Shown: positions 43,008 through 56,289 of the stretch, piece after piece
Numbering within the stretch: position 1 is the stretch's first letter
Layout: every line of letters starts with the position of its first letter
Origin: the human T2T-CHM13v2.0 reference genome, Homo sapiens
Length of the DNA: 64,000 bases
Assembly: GCF_009914755.1 (NCBI RefSeq)
Contig: NC_060940.1
Direction: 5' to 3' (one strand)
The notes under the pieces: model-generated
The model's input: only the letters and a program-made list of their open reading frames with translations
Told to the model about the DNA's origin: nothing
Database searches by the model: none
Translations under genes and position numbers: made by a program

Positions 43008-44553
43008 TTAACCTGAAAAACTTAATGGAAACATGAATTAAGAGAATGATCACTGTTTAGTTCTATCAGAAAACTATTAAAAGTGGTCCAAGGGGGTATT
43101 TAAAAAGAGATATTAAAGTATTTTCCAAGGGAGCCCTATTCAGGGTAGAAGCGCAGACACTATCCCTGACCTCACCACACAAACTACCCTCATGTGTTGG
43201 GAGGGACCAAGGGGCGCTCTGGTCCTGCTGACCTGCATTAATCACGGCCCGGAGGTCCACACTAAGACCCTGAGGCCTGGGAAGCAGCCTGGGTGGGGTC
43301 AGAGAAGCGGTGGATGAGGCTCCACAGCAGCTCCCAGGGTCCCATCCCCGTAGCTGTTTCCTTAGTGGATGCAGCAGGGTCAGGCCCTTCCGCTGTGACG
43401 TTTTCTCCTCTTTATTACACTGGTGGGAAAGTCTCCGTGAGAGGCCCGACCTAGATATGGACCACGCAGCGAGCCCGGGGGTCCAAGCGGCGCTCCTGGG
43501 GTGCAGAGGATTTGTGACAGCCTAGAGAACAGAGGAAATGGTTTTGAAAAGGCAAATGGCAGGTGACTAGGGACACGATGTTTTCACTTCTGGCAGTCAA
43601 GTGACAGTTTCAGACACTCATGAACGGGCTTCTCGAGGGGATCCCAAGGAGCCTCCAGGTCGGCCGCCATTACCCTACACCTAGGGACGGGCTGCACTGC
43701 GCATTTCCGAAAGGGCAGGCCCCTTAGCCCCACCCCTAGGAATGGGTGCACTGCGCATGTGTGAAAGGGCAGGACTTTTATCCCGCCGCTAGGGACGGGC
43801 TACACTACCCATGTCTGAACGGGTGTGACAAGAGGGAGGAGCGAGAAGGGACGGGGCGGAGCGGGAGATGGGCAAGAATAGGGGCGCGGTGCGGCCAACG
43901 TCCGGCGGAGGATCGTTACCACGGCAACGCTGCTGTGGAGGCCATGAAAGGCGAACGGCCCTTTGTTGGCTGACAGGAAATCGAGACACTCGTGAGGGGG
44001 CTTCTTGAGGCGATCCCAAGAGGCCTGAGAACTGCCACATCCGCGGCCCTTAACCCAGCCCTAGGGACGGGCCGCACTGCGCATGTCTGAAAGGGAGTGA
44101 CAAGAGGAGGAGCGAAGGAGGGTGGGGCTGAGGAGGAGGCGGGGTGAGAAAAGGGGCGGGTCGCGCCCCACCCTTGTCTGAGGAGCGTTACCTTGACAAC
44201 CCTGCCGCGGAGGCAGTGAGAGGCCACCGGCCCTTTGTTGATCTGCAAGGTATCAAACTTCGAACATGACAAGCATAAAAGCCTGCAGCTCGAGGAGACA
44301 GGGTGTCACAATTACCAGGTGAAACTAGCCGCCCTAGCTCCAATGTCTCTTCAGCAGGAGAGATTTGGAAACAGCAAGGCTCCTCTCCGCAGGGCGAAAC
44401 TGCTGGGCTGCGAAAGGCGGGACAGGGAGCGGAACCGTCTTCAACCGTTCCGGGAGTTCTGGTGTCTGGTCCGCTCCCGGCTGTTGGTCGCAGGGCAGAG
44501 GGTCTAGGATGCCAGCTGGCTGCGGGCTGGGAGATGCAGGGTGAGGCGCGCAT
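43008..44553 (-). CDS. TP53TG3: TP53-target gene 3 protein (TP53TG3 family copy), join(44553..44192, 43020..43008), 124 aa
   Basis: MRASPCISQPAASWHPRPSALRPTAGSGPDTRTPG...WPLTASAAGLS is recognised as TP53TG3. Donor AAG|GTAAC at 44191 and acceptor TAAG|T TTT TCA GGT TAA at 43021 give the C-terminus SSFSG* and 124 aa. The specific paralog cannot be determined. Confidence 0.9.
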
Positions 44554-45200
44554 CGCGGTGCATACTGGGAGTTGTAGTCTCTCCACCGTTCCCCACGGTG
44601 GATGGTGGGGCTACAGGAGGACAATCCCAGATTGAGACAGGAGCGGAGGCGGGGCGCGGCCGTGCAGGGAGGGGGAGGGCGGTGTAGGCGGCTTCGTTTA
44701 CCAAGCTTGCTGGCCATTGATTTCATGCCAAACCCTCGCCAAGGGGATTAAATCAGGAGAGGAACTTGAAGGGCAGGCCTGGTCTCGCCAGTGAGGAGGA
44801 TGTGTTGTTGGGAAGTGCACCCCGCCTTTGCCTAAATCGAGAGTGTCTGGTCCTCACTCACGCGACTTCGACTTCCAGCTGCTCAGCTCGATTTTCTTTC
44901 CCACTCGCACCCGAGTTCTTTCCAGAGCGTCCCACCTCCTCCAGCCCATGGAGCCGTCTGCTTTCATAAGTGGCTGTGGAAACTGGTCTGAGGTCCCAGA
45001 CGCTGTCACTGTGCTGCTGCCCTCCGCTCTCTCCAAGCAAAGCACAAGCTGAGCCGCCTTGGAAAGACAACCACGGCCTGGCCTGGGAATGCGCAAGTTC
45101 AGAGCTTTGCAGGGAGTGACCATGGGCTGTGGCTTCGTGAAAATGTCACGTTCACCAGTACCCTTTTTGCGGATGTGGCCGTGGAGCCATGAGGGGGGTA
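43400..45200. promoter_or_regulatory. CpG-island promoter with ZNF143/THAP11, RFX, NRF1-like and GC-box motifs
   Basis: GACTACAACTCCCAGTATGC (minus, 44560-44579), GTTACCACGGCAAC (43915-43928), repeated TGCGCATG, GAGGCGGGGC. Confidence 0.75.
43614..44250. repeat. Diverged tandem duplication (43614-43980 / 43985-44250) with ~55-bp sub-repeats
   Basis: GACACTC.TGA..GGGCTTCT.GAGG.GATCCCAAG, CTAGGGACGGGC..CACTGCGCAT, CGTTACC..G.CAAC and CGGCCCTTTGTTG each occur in both copies. Confidence 0.85.
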
Positions 45201-45779
45201 ATCACTGGGTTACAAAGGTGCTGCTAAGAGCGGAGGAGAAAAACCCAATTCCCAGCCATGTGTCTGGTATGACATTTCACCAACCCATTTAAGTGTGCAG
45301 GCCTCCAAATATCTACCTAAAGATTATGATAGATTAGGCATTTTACACTAAAAATCTGTGGCTTCGTGTCCACTAAAGCCTGACTGACCAGTGCCTAAAA
45401 GAAACAGACGATAACCTGATCCCTCAGGAACAGATGGTGTTCTAGCTTTGTGGAAGTGAATTTCAAGGTATGGAGCACTTGAGGGGTCTTTGAAACCTGC
45501 CAGGTCTCACATCTCTGCTTTTGGTGAAAAGCTCATCAACTAACAGTAGTCAGGAATGTGCCTTTACTTCCTGGGGCTGGTCTGTTGAAATTTTGTGTGT
45601 GGACAATGGAAACATCCAGGAGCATTTCTGCTTTCCTATAGCCTCTTAATAATTGATGCCCTAAAGTCCTATATCCTTTGATTCCTGGATGGTACCAGAT
45701 TTCATGCTGTTAAATCTAATCTGCAAAAACCTGAGCGTTAATCTCCATGAATAGAAGAACTTGTTGTTTCTTATTTAAA

Positions 45780-46870
45780 TGCTCTTTTTTCTCTTGTCTT
45801 AGATTCTGAGCAGGATTTCCAATACGGTGTTGAAAGAAGTAGTGAGAGTGGGCATCTTTTTCTTATAATAAATCTTAAAAACAATTCCAAAATTTCACCA
45901 TTGACAATAATGTTAACCATGGGATTGTCCTATAGCTTATAAAGAACATATCTCTTTATTTTGAGGTATATTCTTTCTATACCTAATTTGTTATAGATTT
46001 TATTTGGAATGGATTTTAAATTTTGTCAAAATAATTTTAGGCATGCATAAAAAAGTCATGATTTTTAATCTTTTTGTTGTGTAAATAAGGAGTATGGCAT
46101 TTATTGATTTCCACATATTAAAATATTATTGCATCCCAGGAATAAATCCAACTTGATCATAATAAATGATCCTTTTAAAGTGCTTTTGAATTTCATTTGC
46201 AACTACGTTGCGGATGATTTTTCATCTATGTTCATCAGGGATATTGGCCTGTAATTGTTTTTCTTGTAATGTCCATCTCTGGTTTTTGTATCAGTGTAAT
46301 GCTGGCTTCATAAAATGAGTTTGGAAGTATTCCTCCTCCTTCAATTTTTTCAAAGATTTGGTTCTTTTTAAATGTTTAGTAAAATTCAGCAACAAAGTCA
46401 TCAGATCTAAACTCCTTACCCATTACTGATCTATTCATATTTTCTATTTCTTTATGCTTCAGTCTTGGTGGGTGGTACTTGTCTAGAAATGTATTCATGT
46501 CTTCTCCCTTATCCCATTTGGTGGGATATCATTGTACATAGGAGTCTGTGTACATAGCAGTCTTATGACCTTTTTTTATTTCTGTTTTACCAGTTGTAAT
46601 GTATTCCCTTTAATTCTGATTTTATTTATTTAAGCATTTATTTCTTAGTCTAGCTAAAGATATGCCAACTTCATGTTTTCATAAAACAAGCTCTTACAAT
46701 TTTTCTACATTTTCTATTGTTTTTCTAATCTTCAGTGTATTCATTTCTGCTCCGATTTTTTTTACTAATTTTATTATCTGGGAACGTTGGGATAAGTTCT
46801 TCCTCCTCTAGTTTCTTGAGTTGTGTCATTATTTGTTTATTTGTGATCTGTTTTCTCTTTGGTTGAAGGT
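45780..46870 (-). mobile_element. Old L1 ORF2 fragment
   Basis: Antisense L1 (GCATCCCAGGAATAAATCCAACTTGATCAT, TTCATCAGGGATATTGGCCTGT). Confidence 0.85.
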
Positions 46871-48529
46871 GTTTACTGCCACTCCATTTCACTGGGATTA
46901 GCACCCATATGCATTGTGGTCTTTTTGTTTGAGTTCATCAAACTTCTGATCCTAAGTCTGCACCTTTAGCATACTGGTAAGCAGCAGTGCTAAAAGCCTA
47001 CACGATGAGTAGGGGATTTAGGATGAGAGAATTACCCAGTAAGTTTTGGGAGGGACTAATATTAAGTTATCTTTCTCTTTTTTATTTCTCATCAGTGCCT
47101 GAACCATAAGGCACAAGGAATGAGCCCCTCATCGTGAGAGTGCATGTGACAGGAGCAAAGGAAGCGGCAGCTCAGGAAAGACAAGGTCACTGTTCTTGCT
47201 CCCATGACGGTAGCACTTGTTAGAGCAACTGAGTGACGTGCATAATTCTCTCCAAAGTAAAAGTCCTTTTTGTTTTTTGCAATTTTACAAAAAACCGTCC
47301 CTGGGCCTTTCCTGAGAGTGTGCAATAATAAGCAATGTTCATATGACTACCCGGGCATTTAGTAATGGTAAGCAGACCAGATGAAGTGACCACAGGGATA
47401 TAGCCTGACTCTTGGTAATCAGGACTGAAGTACTCACTGATTAAGGTTCTGTGTTTTCACTGCCTTGAAAGGCAAGTGTCTTGCAAGCTGCATGCCAAAC
47501 AAAGGCTAAATATGATGACACATCAGGCTGCAGCAGAGTCAACTGACCATATATGTCTAGGTGATGAGTGTGCTTTAATGTGGTCAGGGAAGGCAACTCA
47601 TGATAAAGGCCACAAATGGCTATTTAGACCAAAGCAAAAGCCCACCAGAAACTGGTGGCTCTGACTGAGGTGACTTTTAATGTATCATGAAATCAGTAGG
47701 CCAAAAGCAGTTAAAGTTGAGCCGATGTCCTTAGTCATAGTTGGTTAATCCAGTTTGTATTGTGAATTGTTTGATTAGCCTCCCCTTTACCCCATTGGTG
47801 AGGGATAAATTACCACCCTTGTACTACTGGAACAGTTAAAACCATGGCACCAATCATTGGACAAATGAGATTGACAGCAGTTATTCGTTACATATAATCA
47901 TGGAAGAAGGAAATTATATAAGGTATACAGACCCACACAGGGATTGCACTTGGGAGCAGAGAGAACAAACAGGGGGTGTTGGGGAAGGCTTTGTAGTATC
48001 AAGAGGGTGAGATGCACCTGGTTCCCACAGGAAGTTGTTATTGGTTGGTCTGGATAATTCTGTGACCTTGGGAGAAACTGAAACACATTATACTACCAAT
48101 TGCTAAGACTACAATAACATACTATAATAGTGTAATGCTATAATGTACCATATACTGTAATACTAATGACAGTATGTTCTCCCTTTTTTGATAGATTCTC
48201 AGAAACTGTGACTTTAAGTAAAACAATGTACTATATAATAAAACCAATTTTACCATTGGCTAATTGATATAAACAAGAGTTAATTTTCCATGGCATATAG
48301 TATTTTGTTTCACTTAAAGTCAGTTTCCAGGGACCTATCAATGATGTTAAGTGAGCACTTACTGAACATGTATTTTAGTGATGTGTAATAGAAAGTAGCT
48401 ATAAAAAATATACTATTCATGTACAAAACTACATGTGGCACACATTACAGTCATGAACCACATAACAATGTTTGAGAAATTGACAGACTATATATATGAG
48501 GGTGTTTTCTTGTGAGTATATATATATAT

Positions 48530-48880
48530 ATAAACCTACCTTTAAAGGCCAAAGGAGCTGAGAGTTTGAAGAATGAGGCTGACAAATCAAGTTTCTCAGA
48601 AAGAAACATTTAAGAGGAACATTTATTAATAGAAGCTATGTCTCAGATAGCTGAAGATGGTGGAACCTCACACTGTGACCCCCTAAACCCAGACACTTAT
48701 CACAGGAAAGGGAATGTGAAGGACAATTGAAATCACTATATAAATTTGCCTAAGGGTAGGATTTGTGCTAAGTACCTGTTCACAATAGCATCAGGGTTGT
48801 TTTGATTTAAGGGTAGGGCTTATAGAACTGTAGGTTTCAATATATGACATAGGTATTTGAAACCCTCACCAAAAAACATT
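48530..48880 (-). mobile_element. Probable ERV LTR fragment
   Basis: LTR-like antisense sequence containing TTTATT; family not identified. Confidence 0.4.
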
Positions 48881-49246
48881 AGAGGAAGTAACTCTGTCAT
48901 CATTTTAAGTTTCTTTTTTTTTTTTTTAGTAATTTAAAATCTTAAAGTCTGGTTATGTTAAATTAAGTAATCTTAAGTTTCTCACTAAAAATTAGTATTG
49001 CTAAGCATTAAAAGAATAGTTTTAAGACAGTTTTTACCCCAGCACTAGTGATTGGATAATACGGCCCCAGGCCCCACCCCTTCAGGTTCTGAATGAGAGA
49101 AGATGTGAGCCAACTCGTAGCCAGATGACAACAGGGTAAAATGTTCCAAGCCGCAGCCTTTTTCAGGCAGGACTTCCTCCTTATGCTGAAGCCCGGCCTT
49201 CACTGTGGGATATTTGCATTTAACCTTGTATATAAGGTTATTTTTA

Positions 49247-49615
<369 letters not shown>

Positions 49616-49659
49616 TTATTCAAAATAGAAACAAAATAATAACAATTATTTTTATTTTT

Positions 49660-49951
49660 ATTTACATTTTTTTGAGACAGAGTCTCACTCTGTCACCCAG
49701 GCTCGAGTACAGTGATGAGATATTGGCTCACTGCAACCTCCGCCTGCCAGGTTCAAGTGATTCTTCTGCCTCACCCTCCCAGGTAGCTGGGATACAGGCA
49801 CCCACCATGTTGCCCAGCTAATTTTTGTAGTTTTAGTAGAGACATGGTTTCACCATGTTGACCAGGCTGGTTTCGAACCGAGGTCAAGTGATCCGCCTGC
49901 CTCGGCCTCCCAAAGTGCTAGCATAACAGGCATGAGCCACCATGCCCAACC
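49660..49951 (-). mobile_element. Alu
   Basis: Antisense Alu, tail-to-tail with the preceding element. Confidence 0.9.
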
Positions 49952-51378
49952 AATTACAATTATTTTTAATTTTTAGATTTTACAATCTTTCTGGCCTCTT
50001 GGCTTTTGAGGCAAACTGAGCTTTGAAATTAGGCAATCCTCTATTGCACCAATGTGCAATAGAAGTAAAATGTGAGCCACATGTGACAATTAGAATTTGC
50101 TAGTAGCAGCATAAAGAAAAAGAAAAATGAGTGAAATTGATGTTAACAACATAGCTCAATATATCTGAAATATTTTAACATATAATCAGAATGAAATAAT
50201 TAAAGAAACATATATATGTGTACATATATACGTACACACACATAGACATATGTTTCTTTAACCCAGCATTATATATTTTTATGCACATATGTATATGTAA
50301 CTAAATATTTAAATATTTTCTTGTATTTCTCCCCAGCATATCTTAGTTCATGCTGGGCACAATACAGTTGTTCAGTAGCCCCTGTGCCCAGTGGCTGCCA
50401 CATTGCAAGTGCATCTCTGAGGGCTCTGACTTTTCTGACCTTAGGGAGGTTAAAGGGCCTGAATCCTCCTTTTCTGCCAGATAGGAGTGAATGCCCCTTC
50501 TCTGCCAATATCACTCCTGTTTAAAGGATAAGAGAGGTGGTGCCCTGAGAGACAGTAGGGCCTACAAGAAACAAGTGTTCACAGGTAGAACACTGCTGTC
50601 CACTTTTGCTTGGTGTGGACTCATCAAACCTCCAGAGATCATACAGCAGTCCAAAAAGTGGGGCCCCAGAAGAGGGAAACCTCATGTTTTTAGATCTGTC
50701 CATAGGCTTGATCTGATGTGGAGAGACTAGATTAAAGGCAAACTTTTTATCTTGCAACTTGGCCTTGGCAAATTAAATAGAAATATGTCACTATAAAAAT
50801 CAATTAAATAAAAAGGAAGGCAGTAAGAGCAGAAAAGAGGAGAAAATACCTACAAGAAACAAATAGAACTATTAACAAAATGGAAGTAGTCCATTCTTTT
50901 CACAATTAAAATGAATATATACATAGAGTAAAATTTCCAACAGAAATGTGTAAATTGGCTAAAGAGATTGAAAGAAAAAACGATTTGTTTTCTGCTGTCT
51001 ATAAGAAACTCACTTTAGATCTAAGCACACAGATAGGCTAAAAGTGCAAGTATGAAAAATATCTTCTAGGAAGATTGCAATCAAATGAGAGCAAGAGGGG
51101 TCATAATTATGCAAAATACACATTAAGTCAAAACTGAATTAAAGGACAAATAAAGATAGTATATAATGATACAAGTGTTGATTCACTGGGGAAGCTGTGT
51201 TAATAATAAATATATGTACACTTCACATCGGGGTTTCCAAATGTATAAAGCTAAGATCGACCCAGATGAAGAAAGAAATAGCTATGCAAAAATAGTAAGA
51301 GACATAATTATCCGACTATCAGTAGCAAACTCTGTAAACCGAACAGACATATAGAAAACACTCATCACAGTGAATAGA

Positions 51379-51816
51379 TTCAGGAAGCTGAAGGCCCATG
51401 GGACATGACCAACTCAGCATTCCACTGGAGGCTATATGATCAAACAGCAAACTGTTTATCATGAATGCAGGATGTGGGCAAACTCACACTGCCCTGCCAC
51501 CAAAAGGTTTGCTGAGGGCCTCATTCCCTGGCACCAGGCTCCTTGAAGTTATCTACTGAGAAATCCAGTGCCTATTGTTCTAAGAATGCAGTCTCTCGAG
51601 TCAGCTGTGAATCAAGCTGCTGGTGGAAAACCACCCCCGCCTTCTCACTATCTCTTTTACCTAATAAATATGGAGGGCTGTGTAAAGCTCAGGTACCTTG
51701 TCCACTAGAGGCAAGGTGCCCCTGACCCCTTTTTCCAAATATACCCCTTTGTCTCTTGTCTTTTATTCCTGCATTCACCCTGCTTTGTTCAGTCCAATAG
51801 GTCTGTGTAGGCTACA
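51379..51816 (+). mobile_element. Solo LTR, LTR3-like (HERV-K HML-6)
   Basis: 438 bp; GACCAACTCAGCATTCCACTGGAGGCTATATGATCAAACAGC; AATAAA; ends TACA; 6-bp target-site duplication AATAGA. Confidence 0.8.
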
Positions 51817-51966
51817 AATAGAAGTGAAAAAAAAGAAAAAAAAAAACACTTCACACAACAATATCAGAATACACACTTTTTCCAATAGGTCATGAAACAT
51901 TCTCCTGAGTAGATAACCTACTAGGACACAAAACAAGTTTTACCAAATTTTAAAATGTTAAAATAT

Positions 51967-52262
51967 GGGCTAGGCATTGTGGCTCATTCTTATAATTCCA
52001 GCATTTTGGGAGGCTGAGGTGGGAGGATTAGTGAGTTTAGGAGTTCGGCGCCAGCCTGGGCAACATAAAGAGACCCTCTCTTTAGAAAATATAAAATTTA
52101 AAAATTAGCTGGGCATAATGGCACATGCCTGTGCGTCCAGCTACTCAGGAGGCTGACGGGGGAGGATTGCTTGAGCCTGGGAGATCGAGGCTCTGGTTAG
52201 CCATGATTGAGCCGCTGTGCTCCAGCCTGAGCAACAGAGCAAAACTCTGTTTCAAAAAAAAG
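51967..52262 (+). mobile_element. Old Alu (AluJ-like)
   Basis: GGCTAGGCATTGTGGCTCA...GGAGGATTGCTTGAGCC. Confidence 0.9.
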
Positions 52263-54059
52263 ATTAAAATATTACAATCATTTTTTATTACAAGGGAATA
52301 AAATTAGAAATCAATAGCAGAAGAAATATGGAAAATCTACAAATATGTGGAAATTAAACAACGCACTCTTCTGCATGCTCTCGTTCAAGGGTTGGAAGAC
52401 AATATTGTGAAGATGTCCACACTACCCAAAATGATCTACAGATTCAATGAGATCTCTATCAAATTTTAACTGTCATTTCACTTGGCAGAAATACAAAAAA
52501 CATTTCTAAAACTTATATGGAATCTAAAGTGACTCTCAGGAGCCAAACAACCTTCAAAAAAAGAAATAATATTGGAGGCATCACACTCCTTGACTTTATA
52601 ATGTATTACAAAATTACAGTAACCAAACTATTTAGTACTGACATAAAGGCAGACACACAGACAAATGGAACAGAATAGAGCACAGAAATAAACTGTCATA
52701 TATATGGCCAAATGAAGAGTTATTTGTATATCCATATTCATTGCACAACATTATTCACAACAGCTGATAGGTGGAAGCAACCCAAATGTCCCTCAATGAA
52801 TCAGTGAATAAAGACAAATTGGAATATACAAATAATGGAATATTATCCAGTTTTTTAAAAGCAGGAGATCTGATTATTTTTACACTAAGGATAAATCTGG
52901 AGGACATTATGTAAATAAAATAAATGAGTCATAAAAGGACACTGTGTGATTCCAGTTAAATATCTAAAATAGTTAAACTCTTAGAAACAGAAAGTAGAAT
53001 AGTATCAGTCAGAGCCTCAGGGGAGGAGATAAAAGGGTAGTTGTTGTTTCATGGCTATTGAATTTTAGTTTTGCAACATAAAAACATTCTAGAGATATGT
53101 TGCATAACAATGTGAATATATTTAATATTATTTAACTATGTACTTAAAATATTTAAGATGGTAAATTTTATGTGGTTTTGACTACATTAATAGTGAAAAA
53201 CTTTCTAAAGAGATACATATTTATCAATCTTTTCAAAAATTACCTTCAAATCCTAAAAATATCAGAAAAACAATAAAGAGGCCAGGTGCAGTGGCTCATC
53301 CATGTAATTGAAACACATCAGGAGGCTGAGGAGGGAGAATAGCTTAAGCCCAAAAGTTGGAGACCAGCATGGGCAGCGTAAAAAGACCTCAGCTGCAAAT
53401 CACAAGCAGAAGGAAACTGGCAAATGAAAAAATATGTGAAACTTAAAACAGAACACTCTTGACTTCTTGTTCAAGGGTCAGAAAATTTAATATTATTAAG
53501 ATGTCAATACTACTCACAGTGAAGCACAAATTCAAAGTATTTTCTATCAAAATCCCAATGTTACATTTTTTTCAGAAATATTAAGTCTTAAAATTCATAT
53601 GGAATCTCAAGGGACAATGAGTAGCCAAAGTAGCTGTGGAGAAGAACAAAGTTAGAGGTATCACACTTCCTGATTCCAAAATATATTATAAAGCTATAGC
53701 AATACAAACAGAAAGACAAATAGATGATGGAACAGAATAGAGAACCCAGAAATAAACCTTTATGAATATCATCAAATAATCTTCAATCAGGCTGCCATGA
53801 CCGAACAACAGGGAAGAACAGAATAGTGTTCTAAAATTGAGTATCAAAATGGAAGAAAATAAAATTGGACTTTTCACTTGCACCATATAGAAAACTATCT
53901 TAAACACTTAAATGTAAGTAAGATCGCTATAAAAGTCTTAAAATATAAGGTAAAAATCATGACATTTGTCTTGATAATTTTTTTAACATGACATTAAAAG
54001 CAGAAGTAACAAGAAAAAAGCAGGAAAATGGGACTACCTCAAATGTAGTAAGCTTTCTG

Positions 54060-54938
54060 ATAAAGAGAAAACAGCTGGGCCTGGGGGACCACTACCACCA
54101 AGACGCAGAGACCAGTAGTGGCCCCGAATGGCTGGGCACGCTGATATTTATTGCATACAAGACAAGGGGGCAGGGTAAGGAGGGTGAGTCGTCCAGGTGA
54201 TTGATAAAGTCAAGCAAGTCATGTGATCATGGGACAGGAGGCCCTTCCCTTTTAGGCAGCCAAAGCAGAGAGGGAAGGCAGCATACATCAGTGTTTTCTT
54301 CTATGCATTTATAAGAAAGATCAAAGACTTTAAGACTTTCACTATTCCTTCTACCGCTATCTACTAAGAACTTCAAAGAGGAACCAGGAGAATGGGAGGA
54401 ACGTGAAAGTGGACAAGGAGCGTGACCACTGAAACACAGCACCACAAGGAGGGGTTTATGCCTCCGGATGACTACGGGCAGGCCTGGATAATATCCAGCC
54501 TCCCACAAGAAGCTGGTGGAGCAGAGTGTTCCCTGACTTCTCCAAGGAAAGGAGACTCCCTTTCATGGTCTGCTAAGTAACAGGTGCCTTCCCAGGCACT
54601 GGCATTACCGCTCGACCAAGGAGCCCTCAAGCGGCCCTTATGTGAGTGTGACAGAGGGCTCACCTCTTGCCTTCTAGGTCACTTCTCACAATGTCCCTTC
54701 AGCACCTGACCCTATACCCACCAGTTATTCCTTGGTTATATGAGTAATACAACAAAGAGTAATATTAAAAGCTAGTGATTAATAATGTTTATACTAATGA
54801 TGGATAATGTCCATGATCATCTCTATATCTAATTTGTGTTATAACTATTCTTTATTCTAACTGTTTTCTTTATTATACTGCAACAGTTTTTACCTTCAGT
54901 CTCTTGCCTCGGCACCTAGGTAATCCTTCACACCCACA
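54060..54938 (-). mobile_element. LTR13-like (HERV-K HML-4) LTR, 3'-truncated
   Basis: Minus strand begins TGTGGG..GGATTACCTAGGTGCCGAGGCAAGAGACTGAAGG, matching the recalled LTR13 start. Confidence 0.85.
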
Positions 54939-54939
54939 T

Positions 54940-55730
54940 GTTTCTACAAAGGAGATATACAAACGGCCAAGAGGAATTTTAAAAGATGCTGCAAATCATG
55001 AATCTTTAGAGAAATGAAAAGCAAAACCCCAGTGAGATATTACCTCACATTCATTAGGATGGCCACTATCAAATAAGAGAAAATAACAAGTGTTTTCAAG
55101 GATGTAGAGAAATTGGTATATTTGTGCACTGGGTGGTGGAAAAAATAATCATGCAGCCATTATGAAAAATAGTACAGAGTTTCCTCAGATTATTAAAATT
55201 GGAATTATGATGTGGTCTGGCAATACCATTTCTAGATATCTATCTAAATGTGCAAAGCGGGACCTGAAAGAAACATTTACATACCCACGTTTATGACAGA
55301 ATTATTCTAAAAATCCAAAAGGTAGAAGCTACTTGAATGTCCCTTGACAGATAAATAAGTAAATATGATATATACATACAATGAAATATGATTTTAAAAG
55401 GAAATCTTATCACATGCTGCAATGACAATAAACCTTTAGGGCATGATGTTAAGTGAAATGTGCCAGGAAACAAAGTGACAGTGATTGTGTGATTCCACTT
55501 ATGAGATATCTTAAGTAGTCCAACTCACAGAAATGGAAAGTAAAATGTTAAGGGCTCAGGAGAGGGTAAAATGGGCAGTTGACGTATATGGGTATTGAGT
55601 TTTAGTTTTGCAATGGAAAAGCTCTAGAAGCCTGTTGCATAACAATGTGGATATATGTACCACTAATAAATTATGCAATTACAAATGTATAGACTGGTAA
55701 ATTTTGTTGTGTTTTATTACAGTTAAAATA
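54940..55730 (+). mobile_element. Old L1 3' end (L1MB/MC-like)
   Basis: ORF2 C-terminal and 3'UTR motifs (TTAGGATGGCCACTATC, TGTGTGATTCCACTTATGAG). Confidence 0.8.
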
Positions 55731-56289
55731 TTGTAAAGTGATACATAAAAGAGATACCGAGTTACAAACTTTTTGGAAAATTACCTTCAAATTATAAATG
55801 TGTTTTCCTCACACAAAGAAAATATAGATTTGTTCAATAAATACGTGGGTAAGTTAAGACTACTTATATGACTACTGTCCTGAACAAGATAAAACAACTT
55901 TTGACACCAGCCAAGAAGAGAAATATGCAAGATAATTAAGAAGAAATAGACTATATTTATAGAGGCAAACAAACACACGATTTTATTGGTGGTAGATATG
56001 GCTGATTCATATTTTGATTAAACATCACATTGACTTAACATGTATATAGAGTTGCAGATTTACATCCAAAATCATAATACGTAGGTAAAACCAAACTCAC
56101 AAAACACGAATGTCAAGGAACTTACCAAAAAAAAAAAAAATAGTAATATGAAATTTCAAAAAAGAATGAGAGAAACAACGAAAAAACTCCTATATAAAAC
56201 ATAGATTTACAACTAAGAAAGAATCCTCCTAGATAACTACAATCTTCAGCTGTGACTGTGCATCCGTGGTGAGCAGGGATTTTGAATCA

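Larger units (their letters stand above)
50780..54055 (+). mobile_element. Old L1 fragments (ORF2 and 3'UTR) interrupted by LTR3 and Alus
   Basis: TGCTGTCTATAAGAAACTCACTTTAGAT, ATCTACAGATTCAATG, GGAACAGAATAGAG, GGAAGCAACCCAAATGTCC. Confidence 0.8.

Noticed and set aside
44188-44586. 132-aa unspliced ORF as the TP53TG3 protein
   Set aside because: It starts at a GTG; the first ATG is 44553, and the spliced 124-aa model fits the splice signals and the recalled protein.
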